Source of the DNA: Candidatus Multivoradales bacterium
GTDB taxonomy: Bacteria > Acidobacteriota > Thermoanaerobaculia > Multivoradales > J023
Assembly: GCA_965248925.1 (NCBI GenBank)
Contig: CBDFLE010000006.1
Span: forward strand, 64,001 to 128,000
Reading direction: 5' to 3'
Length of the DNA stretch: 64,000 nucleotides
The notes below the pieces were generated by a model that was given only the letters and a program-made list of their open reading frames with translations, made no database searches and was not told where the DNA came from. This document shows positions 19,908 through 27,724 of this stretch, piece after piece; position 1 is the first letter of the stretch, and each line of letters opens with the position of its first letter. The position numbers were made by a program, and so were the translations under genes.

Positions 19908-20115
19908 ACCTGCTTGATCTCCCCAGGTTGAAAAGGGGTCTCTGATGTCGAATCTAGAGCCACGGGCCACGGGCGCGGGCTCCGGTCTGTGGAGCGCTTC
20001 GGCTCCCGTCCTGTATCTCGGTACGGGCACTCACCTCCTGTCTAAAGACTTCTACCGAGACTAGCACGAATGTGGAGGAAATTTGCAACCCACTTGTAGC
20101 CAACCCCCCATCAGC

Positions 20116-20145
20116 AAAAGAAAAAGGCGCCCTGTATAGAGCGCC
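20116..20145 (-). terminator. Intrinsic terminator of the VWA gene
   Basis: Minus strand GGCGCTCT-ATAC-AGGGCGCC-TTTTTCTTTT. Confidence 0.7.
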
Positions 20146-20246
20146 CAGCAAAAATCAGGCCCAAACCAACGGGTTGATCCCTCCCGCAGTAGAGATCAAA
20201 GTAAATCCGGTCCCAAGCCCCGCCGACTCAGAACACGGCCGTAAAC

Positions 20247-21953
20247 TCAGATCACCATCGCCAACCGCTTCGACATCACGGCGCCGGTGGTGGGATCGTG
20301 TAGGGAAATCAACAAACGGTGCGACTTCTTGCGCAGTTTGAGCTGGGTCTCAAAGACCACCACCTCACCCTGCTCGGGCCTCGAACCGACTTGGATAGTT
20401 ACCGGAACTACGGAGATATCGGCCCTGTCGCCACCCTCGTCGGTCGCCGCCACGCGCAGCTCGAGCGACGCGGCGTACCCCCCCTGATGCGCTAGCACCG
20501 CCACCTGGTCCAGCGGAATCTCCAGGCGAAGGGGTACGAGGATTTTGCGTAGGCCCGCGGCACTCGGTGCACCGAGTTCGGCGCCAAAGTCCTCCGCGAA
20601 CGGCAACGGTGTATCGAAAAGCTGGGCACTCTCGACCAACATAGTCACTTCGCTCTGCCGGGAGAGGTCGGTGAAGCTGGCACGGCTGCGCACTTTGAGC
20701 CCCTTGACTCGAGTCTTGACCTCGATCCGATGCTGCTCGTCGTTCTCCCGCCACTGGGGAGTGAAGCCCAGCCAGTAGTACGAGCGAGTGTCGTCCAGGA
20801 CGCCTTCGAGGGCACTCAAGCTGGCACCATCGATGAACGCACGGCCACCGGTTTGAGCTGCCAGATAGTGGAGAGAATCCTCGTTCAGCCAATCCCGTTG
20901 ACGAGACCGCTCGTCGGCGATAGAAGCGGCGAAGACACTGCGATGCTCGGCGCTGCCGTAAGTACGGCGTTCGAGCCCAGCGACATCGACCGGATAGAGG
21001 GTATAACCGAGACGGTTGGCGGTATCGATCAAGGGGCGGAAGGCGCGACGGCCGCCAGCAAGCCCCGAATAGGTGTGATTCTGCTGCGTGGAGTTGTAGT
21101 CGTAGCTACCGGCGGCCCAGGCTTCACCCGAGATCGGCCAGCCACCAGATAGCAGCAGCATGACTTTGCGGCCATCGGGCCTGGCGAAGCCGCGCAACGC
21201 CGAGGCGGCGGCAGCGGCCACCCGGGCGACCTGCAACTGACGCTCGCGGCCATAAGTGAGGGCGCCAGCGGGATAGTCGTAAGCGCCGCGGAAGCCAACA
21301 TTGGCGAAACCCCTGCCGCCGAAACCACTACCCAAACCACGGCGGTAGAAGCGGTGGGTCGAGTCCAAGTTGCGCTCCTGGGCCAACCAGCGCAGCCCGT
21401 AAGATCGGCGCTCCTTGGCACCTTCCAACACCCGCGTCAGCTCGCGGGTCGACTTCGACCAGGTTGACAGCAACTGCACCTGGCCACCATCAAAAGCAAC
21501 CACCGCCATGCTGTCCTTAGGTCCCAGCTGCGACAGCTGGCCGATCACCCGGTCGATCACCCGATTGCGGTGGGACGGCAAGGCAAAAAGATCGTCGATG
21601 AACACCAAGAAACGGGTACCGACCGTATCGCCAGCGCGAAACGCCGGCAAGGCCACGGACTGGGAGTGAACTTGGGAGGTCACCGCCTGTCCCGCCGAAA
21701 CCTCGGTGAAGAAGTCGATCGGCACCTCGGTGCCATCGATCAGCAGGGCGAAGTCCTGGGGACCGAGACCCACCACCCGGTCGCCCTTCTGGGTCACCAC
21801 TACTTCCAGATTCAGCACCCGGACGTCGACGATCTCGCCGAAGGCAGCAGACAAATCGGCCGCCTCGTCGGCAGCGATCGGCAGAGCCATGAGCAAGAGC
21901 AACATCACCGCCAGGGTGAGTGTTGTGAGTTTGGCGAAGCTTGAATTTTTCAT
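20247..21953 (-). CDS. Exported VWA domain protein (acidobacterial VWFA-related type)
   Basis: Signal peptide; VDVRVLNLEVVVT..G.RV.GL...DF, GRKVMLLLSGG, LYPVD..GL, LAAQTGG, SYYWLGF. Confidence 0.85.
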   Translation of the reverse strand: MKNSSFAKLTTLTLAVMLLLLMALPIAADEAADLSAAFGEIVDVRVLNLEVVVTQKGDRVVGLGPQDFALLIDGTEVPIDFFTEVSAGQAVTSQVHSQSVALPAFRAGDTVGTRFLVFIDDLFALPSHRNRVIDRVIGQLSQLGPKDSMAVVAFDGGQVQLLSTWSKSTRELTRVLEGAKERRSYGLRWLAQERNLDSTHRFYRRGLGSGFGGRGFANVGFRGAYDYPAGALTYGRERQLQVARVAAAAASALRGFARPDGRKVMLLLSGGWPISGEAWAAGSYDYNSTQQNHTYSGLAGGRRAFRPLIDTANRLGYTLYPVDVAGLERRTYGSAEHRSVFAASIADERSRQRDWLNEDSLHYLAAQTGGRAFIDGASLSALEGVLDDTRSYYWLGFTPQWRENDEQHRIEVKTRVKGLKVRSRASFTDLSRQSEVTMLVESAQLFDTPLPFAEDFGAELGAPSAAGLRKILVPLRLEIPLDQVAVLAHQGGYAASLELRVAATDEGGDRADISVVPVTIQVGSRPEQGEVVVFETQLKLRKKSHRLLISLHDPTTGAVMSKRLAMVI

Positions 21954-22049
21954 CGTTTTCCGCTCTATTTGAAACGCGACTGGAGGGCCGCGAAGTCGTT
22001 GTGTTGCGTCTTCAGGGCCGCCCCGGAGGGCGACCTTGCCTTGCCATAC

Positions 22050-22066
22050 AGCAAAGCGCGTACCAA
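22050..22066 (-). promoter_or_regulatory. Sigma-54 (-24/-12) promoter upstream of the VWA gene
   Basis: Minus strand TTGGTACG-CGCT-TTGCT versus consensus YTGGCACG-N4-TTGCW; about 100 nt upstream of the ATG. Confidence 0.6.
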
Positions 22067-22228
22067 CTTCGGGATTGGGTCAAGAAAGGCGGCAAACAAA
22101 GGGAGATGGCCCAGATTGGCGCAGCGGAGAAGCAGCTCTGGACCGGCGCTGTCCTCGGCTGGGGACGGGGTGCGGCGCTCGCCGAGGGCGATGAAGCCAG
22201 GGGCGGGCAACCAATACCTGGAATTAGC

Positions 22229-22263
22229 AAAAGGCCCCGGTCACTGCTGCAACCGAGGCCTTT
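22229..22263 (-). terminator. Intrinsic terminator
   Basis: Minus strand AAAGGCCTCGGT-N10-ACCGGGGCC-TTTT. Confidence 0.7.
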
Positions 22264-22343
22264 CGGGTCTGTTTTGGTGGCGTTGGGTCTCCCCCCTCAA
22301 GCGGGGAAGCTCTCCGCGAGCCACTTTGACTGCGGAGCTTCCC

Positions 22344-22382
22344 CTAGGGGGTCGCCACCTCTGTCAAACCGTAATTATCCAC
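22344..22382 (-). CDS. Candidate 12-aa small ORF MDNYGLTEVATP
   Basis: Perfect AAGGAGGTGA Shine-Dalgarno (22387-22396), GTG start, TAG stop, followed by a long hairpin and terminator. Confidence 0.45.
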   Translation of the reverse strand: MDNYGLTEVATP

Positions 22383-22609
22383 AGAATCACCTCCTTCTTG
22401 GGGCGAGTCCTCAAACGGCGGTACCCAAACCGCCCAGCTCCGGAAGCCGCCCAACGCCTCGACGGAACCGCCACACCGCATGGATGTGGAGCTTCAGAGA
22501 CCTCCATGGTGAAATAGGCGGCGCCGGATGTCAATATGAGCAGGCAACATTGGCCGCCCAACAATCGGTCTGCCGTTAGCTCAAGCAACCTCAAAGGAAT
22601 CGAATTACG

Positions 22610-22846
22610 ATGAACGAATGGCTGTCAATCGCCACGGAGGGGCCGGTGGTCCGGCGGGGCCTGCTCTACGCTCTGATCGTCGGCTGCGTCTTGATCACCA
22701 TCAACCACGGCGACGCCCTGATGCGCGGCGAAGTGAACGGCCGGCTGCTGCTGAAGATGGGACTGACCACGCTGGTGCCCTTCCTGGTATCGACTTTTTC
22801 GAGCGTGGGCGCCTTGCGCCGAGCGCGGCGGCAATCCAATGGCTAA
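22610..22846 (+). CDS. NrtS-like small membrane protein
   Basis: AL.VG.VL..IN.GD....G......K..LT..VPFLVST pattern; AAGGA RBS. Confidence 0.75.
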   Translation: MNEWLSIATEGPVVRRGLLYALIVGCVLITINHGDALMRGEVNGRLLLKMGLTTLVPFLVSTFSSVGALRRARRQSNG

Positions 22847-25010
22847 CGCGATGACCCGGGCGATGCCCCAGCGACTCGCCCGGCGGCTCATCGCCCGACA
22901 GCCGATCGCCGGGTGGCTCCTCGGTTTGCTCAGCCTGGGGGCCGCCGCGGTCGTGATATTTGCCGTCGATCTGACGCCGCAGGTAGGGGCAGACTTCTTC
23001 TTCTCCACCGACGATCCACAGCTACGGGCATCGCAACAGATCGCCGACCTATTCCCGGCCGGTGAGCAGCTCTTGCTGTCAGCGACCAGCGAAGATCCCT
23101 TTGCCAGCGAGTCGTTGGAGCGCCTCGAGGCCCTGTGCCAGGAACTCGAGCAAGTCGCCGGCATCGGCGCCGTGCAGAGCCTCACTCGGGGCCCGTCAAG
23201 CCCGCAGAAAGTAGCCCAAAGCCCGCTGTGGAAGCGCCTACTGCTGACCGACAGTCCACATATCAGCCAGTTGGTGGTGACCCTCGACCGGGGCCTCGAC
23301 GGTGCGGCCAGCGGCCGCCTGGTGGATGCTGTCGAACAGCTCATCGCCAGCCACAGCTCGCCAGATTTCAGACTGCGGATCTCGGGAGCGCCTTACGTGG
23401 TGGAACTGATCCGCCGCCATCTGAAGCAAGATCTGCGGCTCTTCAGCCTTTTCTCGCTGGCCGTCTTCGGGCTGGTGATCGGGCTGGTGTATCGTTCGCC
23501 GCGGGTGGTCCTCGGCACTCTGACCACCTGCTTGGCAGCCTGTGCGGTGACCCTCGCCTTGCTGCCGTGGGTAGGGGTCGCGATCGGGCCGCTGACCGCC
23601 AATTTGGTCACCATCATTTTTGTACTGACCCTGTCGCACATGGTTTTCTTGACCGCCAACTGGCGATTGGCGTGGACCACCGCCAAGGACTCCGCCGCCG
23701 GCTCCGACAGCGCCTTGGTGGTCGCCACCGAGCGCACCCTGGGCGCCTCGTTCTGGGCCATGGCAACCACCGTCTTGGGATTCTCCAGCCTGCTGCTAGC
23801 CTCCGCCAAACCGCTGCGCGAACTGGGCGCCGCCGGTGCTCTTGGAACGGTGGTAGCGATCGTTCTAGCTTACGGGCTCTACCCCGCTTTCTTGCGCCAC
23901 GGCACGCCGCGAAGGGCGCGCGCGACCACCTCTCGCGCGGCCAAACCGTTGCCGACTTGGGGCTGGCCGGCACTGGCACTGCTATTGACCTCCTTAGCCG
24001 CTTGGGGCTTACCCAAGCTCGACACTGACCCCGGCCTGCTGAGCTACTTTGCTGAGCACAGCGAGATCCGCGCCGGCCTTGAGCATTTCGATCGTCATGG
24101 CGGCTCTAGCCCAATGTTGCTGGTGGTCAGAGCGGCAGACCGCCAGCGGCTCGATCAAGGCGCACCAGCGAAGCAGCTCGAAGACTTGCAAGAGCTGCTC
24201 GAAACCGACCCGGAAGTTGGCATGGCGTTGTCGCTACCGGTGCTGTTGGCTGAGGCTCGCCAGGTGCCCTTCTCCTTCTTACTCTCCACCGACAAGCTGC
24301 TCGACCTGCTCGACAGCGAGCGCTATCAACGGGTGGCCAGCAGCTTCATTACCCGCCAGCGCGACCAGGCCCTGTTCTTGCTGCGCCTGCGCGAGTCCGG
24401 GCGTCAAGCACCTCGGCGGGAGATCATCGAACGGCTGCGCGGGCAAGTCGCCAAAGCGGGGCTTGAGCTGGAGCTAGCCGGCGGTATCTACGATTTGCAA
24501 GCGCAACTCGGACTGCTGGTCCGAGGCAGCCTGATCCGGGGACTCGGCGGCCTGCTGCTGCTCTTCGTTGGAGTCGCCGCGGTGGTGTCGAGGAGTCCTC
24601 GATCAACCCTGTCGATGGTGCTCTGCCTGGGAGCGGTGCCGGTGTTGGTCTTGGGCGCATTCGGGCTCGCCGGTATTCCTCTCGATGTGATTTCTTCACC
24701 GGCCGCCAATGTTGCTATCGCCTTGGGTATCGACGCCATGATCCACCTGGTGGCGGCGATGCGCCGCCACGGCGGCCCGCCGGCGGTGGCTTGGGCGATG
24801 GCCCGTGAGGAACTGCGGCAACCAGTGTTAGGAGCAGCGCTAATCCTCGCCGCCGGCTTTGGCATCTTCTCCCTGTCGAGCTTTCCGCCGACCCAGCGCT
24901 TTGGTCTAGCCGTCGCCGCCGGCACCCTCTGCGCCGCCCTGCTGGCCTTATGGGTGCTACCGGTGCTGGCTGCCGGACGCTGGAGTCGGAGTCGAGGTCG
25001 GGCTGGATGA
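22839..25010 (+). CDS. MMPL/RND family membrane transporter
   Basis: Two repeats of extracytoplasmic loop plus TM bundle; ISGAPYV, ATTVLGFSSL, LGIDAMIH, AGFGIFSLSSFPP..RFG. Confidence 0.85.
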   Translation: MANAMTRAMPQRLARRLIARQPIAGWLLGLLSLGAAAVVIFAVDLTPQVGADFFFSTDDPQLRASQQIADLFPAGEQLLLSATSEDPFASESLERLEALCQELEQVAGIGAVQSLTRGPSSPQKVAQSPLWKRLLLTDSPHISQLVVTLDRGLDGAASGRLVDAVEQLIASHSSPDFRLRISGAPYVVELIRRHLKQDLRLFSLFSLAVFGLVIGLVYRSPRVVLGTLTTCLAACAVTLALLPWVGVAIGPLTANLVTIIFVLTLSHMVFLTANWRLAWTTAKDSAAGSDSALVVATERTLGASFWAMATTVLGFSSLLLASAKPLRELGAAGALGTVVAIVLAYGLYPAFLRHGTPRRARATTSRAAKPLPTWGWPALALLLTSLAAWGLPKLDTDPGLLSYFAEHSEIRAGLEHFDRHGGSSPMLLVVRAADRQRLDQGAPAKQLEDLQELLETDPEVGMALSLPVLLAEARQVPFSFLLSTDKLLDLLDSERYQRVASSFITRQRDQALFLLRLRESGRQAPRREIIERLRGQVAKAGLELELAGGIYDLQAQLGLLVRGSLIRGLGGLLLLFVGVAAVVSRSPRSTLSMVLCLGAVPVLVLGAFGLAGIPLDVISSPAANVAIALGIDAMIHLVAAMRRHGGPPAVAWAMAREELRQPVLGAALILAAGFGIFSLSSFPPTQRFGLAVAAGTLCAALLALWVLPVLAAGRWSRSRGRAG

Positions 25011-26086
25011 AAATCGCCCTGCTACTTTCTGGCGGCGTCGACAGCTCGGTGGCCCTCGGCCTACTGCGCCGTCAAGGCCACGAAGTAGTGGCCTTCTACT
25101 TGAAGATCTGGCTCGAGGAAGAGTTGCAGGGACTCGGCGAATGCCCTTGGGAAGAGGATCTGAACTTCGCCCGAGCGGTCACCGATCAAGCCGGCGTGGC
25201 CTTGCGGGTGGTGCCTTTGCAGCAGGAGTACCACCAGCGAGTGGTCAGCTGGGCGATCGGCGAACTGCGGGCTGGCCGCACTCCGAGCCCCGACCTTTTT
25301 TGCAACCAGCGGGTCAAGTTCGGCGCCTTCTTCGAGCATCTACAGCAGCGGACCAACGCTTTCGATCGCATCGCCTCGGGCCACTATGCCCGCTTGTCGC
25401 GACCCCCAGGCGGGATTGAGCTGCGGCGGGCCGCCGACCCGGTGAAAGACCAGACTTACTTCCTGTCGCAAATGAGCCGGCAACAGCTGGAGCGCTGCGA
25501 ATTCCCGCTCGGGAGTTATCTCAAACAGCAAGTCAGGCGGCTCGCGGCGGAGTTGGAGCTACCCAATCGCGATCGACCGGACAGTCAGGGGATCTGCTTT
25601 CTCGGCAAGATCCCCTTCGACGACTTCGTGCGCAGCTACCTGGGCGAGCACCACGGCGAGATTCGCGATCGGCGCACTGGCCAACACCTGGGCGAGCATC
25701 GTGGCCACTGGTTTCACACCATTGGTCAGCGCAAGGGTCTCGGTTTGAGTGGCGGCCCGTGGTACGTAGTCGACAAGGACATCGCCAGCAACTGTCTGTG
25801 GGTGGCTCACGGTGAGCAGCTGGAGGAATACCGCCGCGATCGCTTCCGCCTGCTAGCTCCGAGCTGGTTAGCCGCGGTGCCAGCTCTCGGCCGCCGGCTG
25901 CAAGTGAAGGTCCGCCACACTCCCCGAGCCGCCGACTGTCGCTTAGCCGAGAGCGCGGACGGCAGCATCGAAGTGCTGCTAGACCAGCCGGACCCAGGTA
26001 TTGCGGTGGGCCAGTCGGCGGCGCTCTACGACGGCCAGCTATGCCTGGGTGGCGGCCAGATCGGTAGCTCTGCAAACCGCAGCTGA
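25007..26086 (+). CDS. mnmA: tRNA-specific 2-thiouridylase
   Basis: SGGVDSS, TPSPDLFCN..VKFG, ASGHYA, KDQTYFL, DSQGICF, TIGQRKGL, GQSA. Confidence 0.96.
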   Translation: MKIALLLSGGVDSSVALGLLRRQGHEVVAFYLKIWLEEELQGLGECPWEEDLNFARAVTDQAGVALRVVPLQQEYHQRVVSWAIGELRAGRTPSPDLFCNQRVKFGAFFEHLQQRTNAFDRIASGHYARLSRPPGGIELRRAADPVKDQTYFLSQMSRQQLERCEFPLGSYLKQQVRRLAAELELPNRDRPDSQGICFLGKIPFDDFVRSYLGEHHGEIRDRRTGQHLGEHRGHWFHTIGQRKGLGLSGGPWYVVDKDIASNCLWVAHGEQLEEYRRDRFRLLAPSWLAAVPALGRRLQVKVRHTPRAADCRLAESADGSIEVLLDQPDPGIAVGQSAALYDGQLCLGGGQIGSSANRS

Positions 26087-26266
26087 GGGCAGCCCACGAC
26101 CGCGGGTCAAGATTTGAAGCGTCCTCCTCCTGAGCGGAATTGTCCGCGGATTCTCGCTTCAGCCGGTGTAGAATTTATAGTGTCATAGTTGACGATGCGG
26201 GCTCACGCCCAGTCCACGGTCACTCCAGGGTGGCTGCCTTCTTACGCCTCTTGCAGGAGGATCCCG

Positions 26267-27049
26267 ATGGCTGAAGAATTCCCCCGCGGTCGATTCGTTT
26301 GGTACGACCTGAAGTCCACTGACCCGGCGGGGTCGCAGAAGTTCTACACCGCTGTCATCGGCTGGAGCACCCAGACGATGGAGGGCATGGACACGCCCTA
26401 TGACATGTGGGTGAATGGCGAGGCGCCGCTGGGCGGCGTCGAGCAGCTGTCCCAAGAAGCCCAAGACGCCGGCACGCCAACCCATTGGGTGGCCTACGTC
26501 GCGACGCCAGATGTCGAAGCCACCGCCCAGCGGGCCACCGAACTCGGCGGCAAGGTGATAGTGCCTCCCACCGACCTCCCCGGTGAAGGCCGTTTTTGCG
26601 TTCTGCAAGACCCCCAGGGGGCCTTCATTTCGGCTTATTCGTCCAAGGGCGAGGTCGGTGGTGACGACGGCCCGCGCCAGGTCGGTGAATTCTCTTGGCA
26701 CGAGCTCATCACCTCCGACTACGCGGCCGCATTCACCTTCTACTCCGAGCTCTTCGGTTGGCAGAAGGGCGAGGCTATGGACATGGGACCGGCCGGCATG
26801 TACCAACTCTACGGCCGCACCGAATTGCCTTTAGGTGGCATGTTTAACAAGAGCGACGACATGCCGATGCCGCCGAGCTGGTTGCTTTATATTCGGGTCG
26901 CAGACATGGATCAAGCAATAGCCAGGGTGAAAGAGCATGGCGGCCAGATTGCCAATGGGCCGATGGAGGTGCCAGGCGGCGACCACATCACCCAATGCAT
27001 CGATCCCCAGGGCGGCGCCTTCGCTTTGCATCACGCCAGCAAAGGCTGA
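26267..27049 (+). CDS. VOC family (glyoxalase-like) two-domain protein
   Basis: GRFVWYDL..FY..V.GW and FSWHEL..FY..LFGW repeats, DPQG twice; AGGAGG RBS. Confidence 0.9.
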   Translation: MAEEFPRGRFVWYDLKSTDPAGSQKFYTAVIGWSTQTMEGMDTPYDMWVNGEAPLGGVEQLSQEAQDAGTPTHWVAYVATPDVEATAQRATELGGKVIVPPTDLPGEGRFCVLQDPQGAFISAYSSKGEVGGDDGPRQVGEFSWHELITSDYAAAFTFYSELFGWQKGEAMDMGPAGMYQLYGRTELPLGGMFNKSDDMPMPPSWLLYIRVADMDQAIARVKEHGGQIANGPMEVPGGDHITQCIDPQGGAFALHHASKG

Positions 27050-27098
27050 GTCCTGATCAGGCTGGTCGCCGACCCGGCGGCCAGCACCTTCCTTCGGT

Positions 27099-27527
27099 CT
27101 ACAGCCCGCCGTAACCCATCTGGTAGAGCATCCAGTAGATCACAACCCCGGTCACCGATACGTAGAGCCAGATCGGCAGCGTCCAGCGAGCGATCTTACG
27201 GTGCTTGTCGAAGCGCTCAGCCAGCGCTCGCCACAAGGTGATCGCCGCCAAGAAAGGCACCAAAGCGGCCAGCACCGTGTGACTGAGCAAGAGAGAGAGG
27301 TAGAAGGTCCGCACCGCGCCAGTACCCTGAAAACGCACCGAGCCAGCATGGAAATGGTAGGTCAGGTAGCTGATCAAGAACAGCACCGAACAGCTGAAGG
27401 CGATCAGCATGCAAGCCCGATGCGCGGCGATTCGCCGCTGACGGATGCAGGCAAAGCCGGTGACGAGGAACACCGCCGCCAGGGCGTTTAGGCTGGCGTT
27501 GACGGTGGGTAGGTCTGAGATCTGCAA
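27099..27527 (-). CDS. DUF420 (YozB-like) membrane protein
   Basis: LPTVNASLN, HRACM, FLISYL.YH, HRKIARWTLPIWLYVSVTGV. Confidence 0.9.
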   Translation of the reverse strand: MQISDLPTVNASLNALAAVFLVTGFACIRQRRIAAHRACMLIAFSCSVLFLISYLTYHFHAGSVRFQGTGAVRTFYLSLLLSHTVLAALVPFLAAITLWRALAERFDKHRKIARWTLPIWLYVSVTGVVIYWMLYQMGYGGL

Positions 27528-27724
27528 AGGGAACCTCCGGTGGGGACGGCGGGATCCTATCTGAGTTCGGCATGCGTGGGCGATCTGCGGCCAAAATCTG
27601 CGGACGAGATGCGCGGCCAGGACCGATCACGAGGGGTTACAATCCCTCGCCTCCCCCTCCCGCCTCGCCAACTGCCTCGGCACCATCCCTTAGCCAGCCT
27701 TCGCCACCCCATCCCGTCACCCAC

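Noticed and set aside
22375-22383. Perfect DnaA box TTATCCACA
   Set aside because: Single copy with no box cluster, AT-rich unwinding element or dnaA nearby; overlaps the sORF start
22385-22400. ATCACCTCCTT resembling the 16S rRNA 3' end
   Set aside because: Flanks lack 16S helix 45 sequence; better explained as a minus-strand Shine-Dalgarno
21941-22594. Overlapping 72-212 aa ORFs in the VWA-NrtS gap
   Set aside because: No recognisable motifs; they cross terminators and a promoter
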